NCBI GenBank assembly: GCA_002011815.1
Contig: MTOV01000002.1
Span: 3,246-67,245 of the forward strand
Reading direction: 5' to 3'
DNA length: 64,000 nt
DNA from: Nitrospirae bacterium JdFR-86
Lineage (GTDB): Bacteria > Nitrospirota > Thermodesulfovibrionia > Thermodesulfovibrionales > JdFR-86
The notes below the pieces were generated by a model. The model had not been told where the DNA came from. It saw only the letters and a program-made list of their open reading frames with translations, and made no database searches. The translations under genes were made by a program, and so were the position numbers. Numbering within the stretch: position 1 is the stretch's first letter; the number at the start of each line of letters is the position of its first letter. This document shows positions 1-9,381 of this stretch, one piece after another.

Positions 1-483
1 TTTAACAACAGCCACACCATCACAGCCACCTATATAAGCATTCCTTTCTATCATCGGAGCAAGGATAGGATGCATTCTCCTTGCACCGAAACTTATAACA
101 GGTCTTTGTCCTGCAAGTTTTTTAAAGCGTGCTGCCTTTGTAGCAACACCAGAGGCCTGACATATCAGCCCTAAAATAGCGGTCTCGTAAACACAGAAGT
201 CCTGATACCTGCCCTCTATTTCCATTACAGGCTCATATGGATAAAACACCGTGCCTTCCCTCAGTGCCCTTACTTTTATGGGAAGATGCTTCATCAGATA
301 CATCGCCTCTTCAAGCCCTGCAAACACAGCCCACTGCCAGCCATCAGGAAGACTCTTTGCAATGAACTCGGCTTTGACAACAGGGTTTACCCCCTTTGCC
401 TTGAGAATCTTCAGGCTTCGCTCAAAATAAACATCCGTAATCTTTCCATCTAAAATATCCTTCGGCTCTGCTGTATGAAACAT
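1..483 (-). CDS. pncB: nicotinate phosphoribosyltransferase-like protein (N-terminal part; 3' end runs off the window)
   Basis: Own translation of the minus strand from ATG 483..481 gives MFHTAEPKDILDGKITDVYFERSLKILKAKGVNPVVKAEFI..., open to the window edge. A GAGGTG Shine-Dalgarno lies about 8 nt upstream. The gene is adjacent to a nicotinamidase gene (NAD salvage pair). Confidence 0.6.
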   Translation of the reverse strand, partial: MFHTAEPKDILDGKITDVYFERSLKILKAKGVNPVVKAEFIAKSLPDGWQWAVFAGLEEAMYLMKHLPIKVRALREGTVFYPYEPVMEIEGRYQDFCVYETAILGLICQASGVATKAARFKKLAGQRPVISFGARRMHPILAPMIERNAYIGGCDGVAVVK

Positions 484-512
484 ATTCTTTTTCACCTCAA
501 CTTATTACATTA

Positions 513-1037
513 CTACTCTATCTTAACACCCATTACGTTTTTCATTATTCTCAATGCTGCATCATGGTCTTCTTTTGAAATCCCTGCCACGGCATCCTCA
601 ACCACTGTAACCTTGTAATCCCTCAGGACTGCATCAGAGGCAGTAAACATAACGCATATATGCGTCACGCATCCGGTAAGTCTAAGACTGTCCACGTTTA
701 ATTCCTTCAGTTTCCTATCGAGTCCTGTGCCGTAAAAGCCGGAGTAGGTAGTCTTCTCTATCACTATATCCCCTTCCTCAGGTTTAAGCTCATCCACGAC
801 TTCGGCTCCTTTCGTGCCCTTAACAGCATGTGGAGGCCAGCCGAATTTGGAAAACTCCTTGTCATCTGGAGCATGACTGTCACAGACATAAATTACAGGA
901 GATTGAGTTGCTCTTGCCTTCTCGATTTCTCTTTTAATATTAGGTATCACTTTCCGCGTTTCAGGCACTTCCAGAGGAGCACCCTGGAGAACGAAATCAT
1001 TAAGCATATCTATTATTATCAATGCCTCTTTTGCCAT
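513..1037 (-). CDS. pncA: nicotinamidase / isochorismatase-family cysteine hydrolase
   Basis: 174 aa. It has the isochorismatase-like N-terminus ALIIIDMLNDF and the catalytic Cys context LTGCVTHICV. The neighbour is a NAPRTase-like gene. Confidence 0.7.
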   Translation of the reverse strand: MAKEALIIIDMLNDFVLQGAPLEVPETRKVIPNIKREIEKARATQSPVIYVCDSHAPDDKEFSKFGWPPHAVKGTKGAEVVDELKPEEGDIVIEKTTYSGFYGTGLDRKLKELNVDSLRLTGCVTHICVMFTASDAVLRDYKVTVVEDAVAGISKEDHDAALRIMKNVMGVKIE

Positions 1038-1055
1038 CCCCCACCCCTCCTGTGT

Positions 1056-1538
1056 TTATTTGTTAAACTTCTTCCTAAGAGCCTTTTCCACATTGTCAGG
1101 CACAAGGCCTTTGATAGAGCCACCAAATGACGCTACTTCTTTAACCATTGTAGAGGTCAAAAATGAATACTCTTCTGAAGGCATCATGAACACGGTCTCC
1201 ACATCGTAATTAAGCCTTCTGTTCATAAGCGCCATCTGAAGCTCATACTCAAAGTCAGAGACCGCCCTGAGTCCCCTGATAATAGCAACCCCTTTTCTGG
1301 ATTTCACATAATCAACCAGAAGCCCGCTAAAGGTCTCAACCCTTACGTTCTTACAGTTCTTGACTGCATCCTTAATCAGCTTTACACGCTCTTTAAGTTT
1401 AAAAAGTGGGCTCTTCCTCGGATTGTCTGAAACCGCTATGATGACCTCATCGAATATCCTTACACCTCTTTCTACAAGGTCAAGATGCCCGTTGGTGACA
1501 GGGTCAAACGTCCCTGGATAAATGGCAATTCTTTTCAT
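1056..1538 (-). CDS. coaD: phosphopantetheine adenylyltransferase
   Basis: 160 aa. It carries YPGTFDPVTNGHLD (the T/HxGH nucleotidyltransferase motif). The start overlaps the rsmD stop by 4 nt. Confidence 0.9.
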   Translation of the reverse strand: MKRIAIYPGTFDPVTNGHLDLVERGVRIFDEVIIAVSDNPRKSPLFKLKERVKLIKDAVKNCKNVRVETFSGLLVDYVKSRKGVAIIRGLRAVSDFEYELQMALMNRRLNYDVETVFMMPSEEYSFLTSTMVKEVASFGGSIKGLVPDNVEKALRKKFNK

Positions 1539-2095
1539 CCTACCTTCCTGTAAAGAGTTAATGTCGTATCACCGTATTTATACGTCTTCTTTTTGCTGAG
1601 ACACCCGACTTCATCAGGCAGGGTGTTTTTCGTAAGATGCTCTGCAATAACCAGAGCATCCTCATTAAGCACTTTAGTTTCTGCAAGAACAGGAAGTATT
1701 GTCTCAAGCTCGTCTGAATAATAAGGCGGGTCAAGAAAGACTATATCAAATGCTATGCCTTCTGAGACAGCACTCTTAATAAAACTTTTTGCCTTTTTTT
1801 TAAGGATTATTGCTCTCGGACGACAGCCACAACCGCTCAGGGTCTGCTCTATGGCATCCGCCTTCTTTTTGTCTGCTTCAATGAAAAAAACAGTCTTTGC
1901 CCCACGGCTCATAGCCTCTATGCCCACAGCACCAGTGCCTGCATAAAGGTCAACAAAAACCGACTCTTTAATCCTCTCCCCTATTATGTTGAAAATCGAC
2001 TCCCTGACCTTCGAGGACGTAGGCCTTAAAGTCCCGTCCTTTGAGACTCTGCATAAAATCTTTCTGCCTTTTAATTTACCTGCTGATACTTTCAT
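1535..2095 (-). CDS. rsmD: 16S rRNA (guanine-N2)-methyltransferase RsmD-like
   Basis: 186 aa. It has the SAM-binding motif VDLYAGTGAVGIEAMSRGA and the FLDPPY motif. It forms the conserved rsmD-coaD pair. Confidence 0.8.
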   Translation of the reverse strand: MKVSAGKLKGRKILCRVSKDGTLRPTSSKVRESIFNIIGERIKESVFVDLYAGTGAVGIEAMSRGAKTVFFIEADKKKADAIEQTLSGCGCRPRAIILKKKAKSFIKSAVSEGIAFDIVFLDPPYYSDELETILPVLAETKVLNEDALVIAEHLTKNTLPDEVGCLSKKKTYKYGDTTLTLYRKVG

Positions 2096-2151
2096 ATTTT
2101 TGGAACACCCACCCCGAATGATACTTCCTGGCTCACTGCATTATTACATCA

Positions 2152-2192
2152 TTCCACAATTCCACCATTTCACAATTCCACAATTCCACCAC
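2152..2192. repeat. tandem octamer repeat (TTCCACAA/TTCCACCA, about 5 units)
   Basis: Direct reading gives ttccacaattccaccatttcacaattccacaattccaccac. It lies 57-97 bp upstream of the rsmD start. Confidence 0.85.
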
Positions 2193-2223
2193 GATGTATA
2201 TTACATTATAAGATATACCGCTT

Positions 2224-2288
2224 CAAGGGGACATGGTCCCATTCTCCAGGGACACAGTCCCATCTTTCAGGGACACAGTCCTACTCTT
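2224..2288. repeat. 3 tandem units of about 21 bp, each containing a 5-bp-stem palindrome (GGGAC-ACA-GTCCC)
   Basis: The units are caaggggacatggtcccattctc / cagggacacagtcccatcttt / cagggacacagtcctactctt. They are related to the in-frame repeat in waaA at 63510..63572. Confidence 0.85.
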
Positions 2289-2329
2289 AAATCTAGAATC
2301 GCCGATGGAAGCAGATAAAGGACTGAAAA

Positions 2330-2620
2330 GGCTGACAGTATTGGTCTTCACTCATTCTCGAAGAACACCCTATTCAAACTTGTTACTTTTTTGCTTGCCC
2401 AAAAAAGTAACCAAAAAAGGGCACCCAAGGAAAATCTCCGGGCGTTCCGCTCAGTCTGCCTCCGCTGAATTAATTCAAACTCGGCTTCGCCTCAAACACG
2501 AATTAATTCTTAACGCTTCGACATCCTTCGCTCCACTGAGATTTTCCAATGGGGTTATAAGGTTTACACCAATGCTGCCAGCATTAACAAAAGTTCTAAC
2601 GGTAAATTTCAGATGTATCA
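2330..2620 (-). repeat. structured intergenic repeat, copy A (inverted relative to copies B-D)
   Basis: Its reverse complement aligns almost base for base with 9381..9661. Termini are GGCTGACAGTATTGGT ... ACCAATGCTGCCAGC. Confidence 0.9.
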
Positions 2621-2660
2621 AAAGCTGGCACTCTCCCTCTTATTCCTGTTTTAATATACC

Positions 2661-3773
2661 GTGGCTATGGTTATCGTTAAAAACTCATCTTATGAATACA
2701 AAGAACTAAGGACAAACGTCTTTGAGATATTGTCACGCCTTGATGACAACCTTATAAAAGAAGGCTCGAAAGTTATCATAAAGCCGAATCTCCTTACCGC
2801 ATCCAGACAGGACAAAGCCATTACAACCCATCCGCTTGTAATAAAAGCCGTTACAGAGTATGTAATCGCCAAGGGCGGAAGACCGCAGATATCAGACAGT
2901 CCTCCGATGGGCTCGTTTGACAAAATTATCAATGTATGTGGCTTAAAAGACGCACTTCATGGGATGCCTGTAACAATCAGGGAGTTTAAAACATCAAAAC
3001 CAGTTCAAACAGAAGGAAAATTCAAAAATATAGAACTCTCAACCGATGTGCTTGAGGCAGATGTTATCATAAACCTGCCTAAACTCAAGACCCATTCCCA
3101 GATGGGACTTACCCTTGCTGTAAAAAACCTCTTCGGCTGTGTCATAGGGATTAAAAAACCCCAGTGGCATTACAGAGTGGGAGAAAACAAAAACCTGTTT
3201 GCAGAACTGCTCGTTACGATTTATAAAATCCTCTCACCCTCCATTAACCTCATGGACGGAATACTTGCAATGGAAGGAGACGGTCCGGGCACAGGAGGCA
3301 CTCCAAGACATATAGGAGTCCTGATAGGCAGTAACGACGCACTGTCCATGGATATGCTCGTGTGCGAAATGCTCGGCATCAAACCGCTTTCCATCCCCAT
3401 AAATAAAATCGCTGATAAGATGGGACTTGCAAAAGACTTTACTGTCTCAGGCAAAGTGCCTGCTGTAAAGGACTTTATCATGCCTTCCTCAACTGACCTG
3501 CTTTTTGGACCTAAATTCGCACACAAACTCTTAAGACGCCACCTTACGAGCAAGCCTGTAAACATTAAAAACGCCTGCAAGCTCTGCAACGAATGCGTTA
3601 AGATGTGCCCTGCTGAAGCACTCAAAAACCAGGGGAAACACCTTGAATTCGATTACGAAAGATGCATCAGATGCTACTGCTGCCTTGAAATCTGCCCGCA
3701 CGCCGCCTTGAAAAAACAAGAACCTTTTTTGAAAAAAACACTCGAAAGATTCTGGGACTTAAGATACAGATAA
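2661..3773 (+). CDS. DUF362-type protein with C-terminal 2x[4Fe-4S] ferredoxin motifs
   Basis: 370 aa. It has a DUF362-like VIIKPNLL...THP region plus CKLCNECVKMCP and CIRCYCCLEICP. The start is GTG 2661 or ATG 2667. Confidence 0.7.
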   Translation: MAMVIVKNSSYEYKELRTNVFEILSRLDDNLIKEGSKVIIKPNLLTASRQDKAITTHPLVIKAVTEYVIAKGGRPQISDSPPMGSFDKIINVCGLKDALHGMPVTIREFKTSKPVQTEGKFKNIELSTDVLEADVIINLPKLKTHSQMGLTLAVKNLFGCVIGIKKPQWHYRVGENKNLFAELLVTIYKILSPSINLMDGILAMEGDGPGTGGTPRHIGVLIGSNDALSMDMLVCEMLGIKPLSIPINKIADKMGLAKDFTVSGKVPAVKDFIMPSSTDLLFGPKFAHKLLRRHLTSKPVNIKNACKLCNECVKMCPAEALKNQGKHLEFDYERCIRCYCCLEICPHAALKKQEPFLKKTLERFWDLRYR

Positions 3774-3784
3774 TTACAGAAATA

Positions 3785-3901
3785 GCTGGCAGGACTGGTA
3801 CTGAACGGTTTTCAGCATCACGCCTCACGGTGAGGCGTGATGCTGCCTCGGAGGCAGGCTGGATGCCTGCCGAGAATGAGTGAAGACCAGTCCTGCCAGC
3901 C
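3785..3901 (+). repeat. short variant of the structured repeat (same inverted termini, different interior)
   Basis: GCTGGCAGGACTGGT ... ACCAGTCCTGCCAGC form a perfect 15-bp terminal inverted repeat. The interior holds a 33-nt perfect palindrome at 3813..3845. The CGAGAATGAGTGAAGACC module is shared with the long copies. Confidence 0.85.
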
Positions 3902-3946
3902 TTTACAGGAATTGAATACTCTGCTTTGAATGCTTTATCCTAAGAC

Positions 3947-6574
3947 ATGAAGATAGAAGCCTATCTCGTACCCCCGGGTGTAAAGGACTTCACAGAGACG
4001 CTCCTTCAGAAGGCTCTCAAAGACATAAAGGGTAATGATTACTCGAGTATTCTCTATATAGCCCCTACTACACAGTTGATAAATAACTGGCGCAGAGTCT
4101 TTCACGAACACACAGGCAACTGCTACATCCCACCAAGAATAATGACACTGAAACAACTGTCAAGAAGACTTTATTACACATACGGAGACAAAATCATCAT
4201 ACCAAAAGCCCTCATACCAGTGCTGATATCAGAGCTTTCAGAATGCGGTATGGGCTTTGCCACCATTGTGGCTGACTTTATCGAGGAACTAAAACAGCAA
4301 TACCCTCTAAAACCCCTTGAATCAATTAAAGATAACCTGATTGAAGCATTCACCGGATTCGAAATCCCTGAGGAAGTCATAAAAAGAGCCTTGAACGCAT
4401 TTGACACGTTCAGCAAATACACAGAAACCCTTAACAACCATAACCTCATTGACGAAAACGACGCCCTCACACTCTCATCACACATCGCCGGGAAATATCT
4501 CAAAACAGAAACCCTCATCCTCGACGGATTCTACGAGATAACCCCTGCTGAAGAACTCCTTATCAATACCCTTATAACTAATGCAAAACAGACAATTATA
4601 AGAATCCCTATTAGTGGAATTAATGATGATTTATCATATTGTTATTCGAAATCTTTAAAGCAAAACTTTAATATTGAGCCTGTGCTTGTCCATCCTGATG
4701 GAACGCCCCGGAAGCTCTACTATTACGCTGCACCTTCTATTGAAGAAGAAGTCGAGGCGATAGCAAGGCATATCAAGGGGTCTTTCATCTCAGGCAGACT
4801 AAGAAACCTTGACAATACATTCGTTGTGTTCCCTTCCTTGTCCCAATACAGGGATATAGTGGAAAGGGTCTTTAAACGGTATGGGATACCTTATAATATA
4901 GCCCCGAAAAAATACTCTGAAACCAGAGCATATCTCGACCTCCTGAGCCTGCTCGAAGCCATCTCAGAAGACTACCCAAAACTCCTGTTTTCAAGATTCC
5001 TTACATCACCTTATTTTAAAAACATCCCTGAGGACATCAAAAAAACCACACCCAGAATATGCCTTGCCTCAGGAATCGTAAAAGGCAAGGACTCATGGCT
5101 TAAGGCATTCAAAGACAACGGCACCTACACACAGGGAAACAAGATATTCAAGACCCTAAAGCCTCTTGAATTTATAAAAAATAAAGCAAGTTATGGCGAT
5201 TATCTTAAAGTAATTTATGATGTTTTGGATGCCTTTGGTTTCTCTCCTCCGGATGATTCTGAGGCAATGGACAGTGTTTACAGAAGGGCAAAGCTTCTTG
5301 ACAGTGTTCTTGAAAAAGACACGGATCTTGCAGGGTTTACTGAGATTCTTAGAAAGCTTCTTAATTTCGCGCCAAAGGATGAGGAAAAGGCAGGAGTCCG
5401 GATTGACGAGCTGTTCAATGTCAGGGGGCTTGAGCCTGAATTCCTTTATCTCGGAGGTCTTAAGGACGGAGACATCCCTTCAAAGCCGGAGATAGACTTC
5501 CTTCTGCCTGACAGTGTCAGAGGCAAGCTCGGGCTTGTTGACCTTAAAAGATTCCTGCACCTTCAGGAGCACATCTTCAGGCGTCTTACAGTATCTGCAG
5601 GAGGGCTTTATATGTCCTACCCTTCGATGGAAGGGGACAAGTTCTTCCTGCCTTCCATATTCCTTTCAGAGGCAGAAGAAAGGGAAGAAAAACTCTTTGG
5701 CGTGTTCTCAAAAGAGGAAGATATGTTGAGAAAAGGCAGAACCCCGCTTTCAGAGCATATCAAGGAAATCAAAGGCATCCAGAGGTTTACTGAAAAATCC
5801 GTCTTCAACGTAACTGACATTGACGATTACAGGAGATGTCCAAGGCGGTATTTCATAGAGAAAGTCCTCGGGCTTGAGTATCCTGAGATAAAAGAATACG
5901 AAATAGAGGCAATGACCATAGGAAGTATCGCCCATGAGGTAATGGAAAGGCTTATAAGCGATACGATAGAGGACTTTGAGACATTTACCAGAAAAGCCGA
6001 AGCCATACTGAATGAAGTCCTTGGCAAATGGCACATCGAAAGCTATTTCAAGGAGCTTATAAAAGAGTCATTCCTTGATATTCTCCCTGAGATTTACGAA
6101 CTGGAGGAAGGCATAAAATCAGACGGCTACTCCTTCAAGAGCGCTGAATATGTTGTAGAAGGAGAACCTGTAAAAGGGATAAAACTCAGGGGAAAGATAG
6201 ACAGGATTGACGCTAAATCAGACAATGTGGTTCAGGTTATTGACTACAAGACAGGGGCAGCAGACCTCAGCGGCACCCAGACGCTGAAAAAAGGCGCTAC
6301 GCTTCAGCCTTTTCTCTATGCTGCCATGCTTAAGACAATGGGCATGTCGCCTGAAAGGGTCGGCATATATTCCCTGAAAGACATCAAGCTTAAATGGCTT
6401 CCGGGGAAAAGGGACAAAAAAACACTGGATGACTATATAATCGCTTCGCTTAAGTTTCTTTCGGAAACAGTAGAGGGCATGCGTAAGGGGGATTTCACCG
6501 CCCTGCCCCTTAGTGAGCAGACATGCAGGAACTGTCATGAAAGCCCTTATTGTCCGTATATACAGAGTGCATGA
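3947..6574 (+). CDS. AddB-like PD-(D/E)XK nuclease subunit with Cys-bracketed (Fe-S type) nuclease domain
   Basis: 875 aa. The C-terminal GKIDRID...VIDYKTG nuclease motif is flanked by CPRRYF and CRNCHESPYCPY. No clear Walker A was seen. The stop overlaps the downstream helicase start (ATGA). Confidence 0.7.
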   Translation: MKIEAYLVPPGVKDFTETLLQKALKDIKGNDYSSILYIAPTTQLINNWRRVFHEHTGNCYIPPRIMTLKQLSRRLYYTYGDKIIIPKALIPVLISELSECGMGFATIVADFIEELKQQYPLKPLESIKDNLIEAFTGFEIPEEVIKRALNAFDTFSKYTETLNNHNLIDENDALTLSSHIAGKYLKTETLILDGFYEITPAEELLINTLITNAKQTIIRIPISGINDDLSYCYSKSLKQNFNIEPVLVHPDGTPRKLYYYAAPSIEEEVEAIARHIKGSFISGRLRNLDNTFVVFPSLSQYRDIVERVFKRYGIPYNIAPKKYSETRAYLDLLSLLEAISEDYPKLLFSRFLTSPYFKNIPEDIKKTTPRICLASGIVKGKDSWLKAFKDNGTYTQGNKIFKTLKPLEFIKNKASYGDYLKVIYDVLDAFGFSPPDDSEAMDSVYRRAKLLDSVLEKDTDLAGFTEILRKLLNFAPKDEEKAGVRIDELFNVRGLEPEFLYLGGLKDGDIPSKPEIDFLLPDSVRGKLGLVDLKRFLHLQEHIFRRLTVSAGGLYMSYPSMEGDKFFLPSIFLSEAEEREEKLFGVFSKEEDMLRKGRTPLSEHIKEIKGIQRFTEKSVFNVTDIDDYRRCPRRYFIEKVLGLEYPEIKEYEIEAMTIGSIAHEVMERLISDTIEDFETFTRKAEAILNEVLGKWHIESYFKELIKESFLDILPEIYELEEGIKSDGYSFKSAEYVVEGEPVKGIKLRGKIDRIDAKSDNVVQVIDYKTGAADLSGTQTLKKGATLQPFLYAAMLKTMGMSPERVGIYSLKDIKLKWLPGKRDKKTLDDYIIASLKFLSETVEGMRKGDFTALPLSEQTCRNCHESPYCPYIQSA

Positions 6575-9381
6575 TGGAAAAATATCTTGATGTAACAAAA
6601 AGCGTAATAATCTCCTCACCTGCAGGCTCAGGCAAGACCGAAAAGCTTGCCAGACGCTATATAAGCCTCTTAAACAACGGTTCTGACGTGGAAAAAATCC
6701 TCTGTATTACCTTCACAGAGAAGGCAGCAGCAGAAATGAAACAGAGGATATTAAGCATCCTTGAAAAGGAAGACACTCAGTTGTTTGAAAAAATCAGGGA
6801 CAAGATTCCCCTTATGCGCATATCCACTATTCATGCCTTCTGCCTGAAAATCTTAAAGAGGTTTTCCATTGAACTCGGGCTTGACCCTTCGCTCACTGTA
6901 ATGGACGAGCTTACTGCCCATTCCCTCTGGACAGAAGCCGTATACGAAAGCCTCATGGCTGAAAAAGAAAACCCGTCTGATTTCTTCCATATGATAAAAG
7001 AAAGAGGCTTAAGAGGATGGAACGCCCTCCAGAGGGCACTTGAAGAACTGCACAAAAAAACCCCCTATCCTGAGATGATACTGAAGGACGGGCTTCCGCC
7101 TGATGGAGACAGTAAAAGGATTCTTGAGTTATACGGAAAATGCCTGCACAGATACAAGCAGAAGAAGGCACAGAAGCATCTGCTTGATTTCGCTGACCTT
7201 GAGATGCTTGCTTATGAAGCCCTCTCCAGAGGTCCTGAATGGCACAATATTCTTTACTCTTTTGACGAACATACAGACCACATACTGGTAGATGAGTTTC
7301 AGGATACGAACACACTTCAGTGGAAGATTATAGACAAGCTCACAGAGGAGTGGCGTTCAGGCATCGGGGCAAAAAAAGACCTGGGGAAAACGCCTACGAT
7401 ATTCCTTGTCGGAGATGAAAAACAGTCCATATACCAGTTCAGAGGCGCTAATGTAAGCATATTCCATGAGGCAAAGGAAAAATTCTCAGAGTGGCTGGGC
7501 AAGGAATACCATTTCATAGAGGTCAAGGAAAACTACAGAAGCCTTCCTGCAATAACAAACTTCACAAACAGCCTGTTCGGAAAGCTCATGTCCCCTGAAC
7601 TCATCGAAAGCTGGAAGACGAAATACACGCCTTTTGAGGCGACAAGGCAGGGAGACGGCAGAGTTGAACTCATACTGCTTGAAGGTGCTGAAACCACAAA
7701 AGAGACACGCACGAAAGAAGCCTCTGTGCTTGCAAAGGCAATAAAGTCCCTGCATGAAAGATACGAGATATACGACGGAGACTCCAGAAGACCGTGCAAT
7801 TTCGGGGACATGGCAATACTTTTAAGAAGGAGAACCCATCTCGGGCTTTTTGAAGACGCCTTAAGAAAAGAGGGCATTCCGTTCATAGTGCTTAAGGGTA
7901 TGGGGTTTTATGAAGAGCCTGAGACAGCAGTGCTAAGAGAGTTTATCTGCTTTATCGTAGACCCTTCGGACGAATACAGTCTTTTCTGTCTTCTCAGGTC
8001 TCCTCTATTTTCAATAGACTACAAAACCCTTTCACGGCTTGTCACAGGCAGGAAGCCGCTTCTTGAAAAACTAAAATCATCTGAAAACAAAAAGCTCAAA
8101 GACGCAGTTGGTGTAATCGAAGGCTGGCTCAATGCGAGCGGTCACACCCCTTTGCCCATGCTTCTTGAACAGGTATTCCTCGATACCGGCGCATGGGTGT
8201 ACTACTCGGAAAAACAAAGGCATGCAAACATCAAAAAATTCATAAACATGATTGAGTCGTTCGAGGCACAGGGACTTTCTCCTATAGAGATAAGGGAGAA
8301 ACTTTTAAGACAGCGTCATGCCACAGAGGTCGCAAAAGCAAACATAAATGCAGAAGGAATGAATGCAGTAAAGATAATGACCATACATGCAGCCAAAGGG
8401 CTTCAATTCCCAATGGTGTTTATACCTTCCCTGGATGAAAGCACAAGCCCAAGAAGCAATTCCGTAGTCATAGACTACGAAGGGGAAAACATCATCTTCA
8501 GCTATGAGGAAGAGCTTTCAGCAAGGAAAAAGAACCCATATTTCACAAAGAAGAAACTCAAGGAGCTGGAGGAAGAAAAGCGCCTGTTTTATGTAGCTGT
8601 CACCAGAGCCATGGACTATCTGTGCATGCTGGGCTCAGTCAAAGAGGGTAAAAAGCCTCAGGGAAGGCTTGCTTATCTTGATGATGCCTTTGGAATCTTA
8701 AACAAAGAAAAAGACAACCCTGCTGATTTACCGTTTCAAGTGCTTTCTGAAGAAGATGTATCCAAGCGGTATCAAAAAGCAGGACTAAGGCTTACTGATG
8801 CTGACACGTTCATAGATGCACCTGTTTATACAGAGCCGGTCTCATACGAGCCGAAAGCAACGTGGCGGGATGTAACCGAGGACACAGACATAAGAGTAAA
8901 GCACGGCGAGGACTGGGTAATAATAGGAAGCGTGATGCACAGGGTTTTTGAAGAACTCTCAAAAGGCATATTAAAAGAAGAACACATAAAGGAAAGAACA
9001 TCTCATCTTTTGCGTGCTGAGGCAGCAGCAGACGACAGATATCTTAACGCCATACTCGATGACATCGAAAAGCTCAAAGCACACGGCTATATGAAAGACA
9101 TAATACTGCCTCGTAAAGACTCCTTTGCCGAACTACCGTTTATCCTTGAGAAGGGAAAAAGCATCTTCAGAGGGAGAATAGACAGGCTGATTATCCAAAA
9201 GAATACTGCCCTCATCTATGACTATAAGACCTTTCCTGTGAAAGACAAGGAGATGCCTGAACTCATTGAAAAATACCGGTTTCAGATGGAGATTTACAAA
9301 GAAGCCGTGGAAAGGCTTTTCTCCCTAAGGACAAAGGCACTTCTTTTGTTCACGCACACACCTGAGGCAGTAGAGATATAA
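6571..9381 (+). CDS. AddA/UvrD-family SF1 helicase with C-terminal nuclease domain
   Basis: Helicase motifs are SPAGSGKT, VDEFQDTN, FLVGDEKQSIYQFRGA and TIHAAKGLQFP. The C-terminal GRIDRLI...IYDYKT is a PD-(D/E)XK motif. I prefer ATG 6571 (ATGA overlap with the upstream stop) over the TTG at 6550 in the ORF track. Confidence 0.8.
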   Translation: MMEKYLDVTKSVIISSPAGSGKTEKLARRYISLLNNGSDVEKILCITFTEKAAAEMKQRILSILEKEDTQLFEKIRDKIPLMRISTIHAFCLKILKRFSIELGLDPSLTVMDELTAHSLWTEAVYESLMAEKENPSDFFHMIKERGLRGWNALQRALEELHKKTPYPEMILKDGLPPDGDSKRILELYGKCLHRYKQKKAQKHLLDFADLEMLAYEALSRGPEWHNILYSFDEHTDHILVDEFQDTNTLQWKIIDKLTEEWRSGIGAKKDLGKTPTIFLVGDEKQSIYQFRGANVSIFHEAKEKFSEWLGKEYHFIEVKENYRSLPAITNFTNSLFGKLMSPELIESWKTKYTPFEATRQGDGRVELILLEGAETTKETRTKEASVLAKAIKSLHERYEIYDGDSRRPCNFGDMAILLRRRTHLGLFEDALRKEGIPFIVLKGMGFYEEPETAVLREFICFIVDPSDEYSLFCLLRSPLFSIDYKTLSRLVTGRKPLLEKLKSSENKKLKDAVGVIEGWLNASGHTPLPMLLEQVFLDTGAWVYYSEKQRHANIKKFINMIESFEAQGLSPIEIREKLLRQRHATEVAKANINAEGMNAVKIMTIHAAKGLQFPMVFIPSLDESTSPRSNSVVIDYEGENIIFSYEEELSARKKNPYFTKKKLKELEEEKRLFYVAVTRAMDYLCMLGSVKEGKKPQGRLAYLDDAFGILNKEKDNPADLPFQVLSEEDVSKRYQKAGLRLTDADTFIDAPVYTEPVSYEPKATWRDVTEDTDIRVKHGEDWVIIGSVMHRVFEELSKGILKEEHIKERTSHLLRAEAAADDRYLNAILDDIEKLKAHGYMKDIILPRKDSFAELPFILEKGKSIFRGRIDRLIIQKNTALIYDYKTFPVKDKEMPELIEKYRFQMEIYKEAVERLFSLRTKALLLFTHTPEAVEI

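Noticed and set aside
2224-2288. The 21-bp palindromic tandem units here and at 63510..63572 could be taken for a degenerate CRISPR array.
   Set aside because: The units abut directly with no unique spacers. The repeat length is too short. No cas genes or leader are present. One array is in frame inside waaA.
2233-2709. ORFs spanning the structured repeats (2233..2709, 9325..9597, 12216..12479, 59288..59512) share peptide strings such as LAQKSAKKGRPxKISGR and could be mistaken for a small multicopy protein family.
   Set aside because: Differences between copies follow base-pairing (compensatory stem changes), not codon position. Reading frames and ends are not conserved. Starts lack ribosome-binding sites. 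The copies occur in both orientations relative to neighbouring genes. I treat them as translated repeat DNA.
6550-6570. The TTG start at 6550 given by the ORF track for the helicase, and likewise TTG 31951 for the GAF-PAS gene and ATG 25896 for cheW.
   Set aside because: Downstream ATGs fit better. ATG 6571 forms an ATGA overlap with the upstream stop. ATG 32065 lies downstream of a TTGACA/extended -10 promoter that sits inside the putative extension. ATG 25830 removes an implausible hydrophobic or Cys-rich leader peptide.
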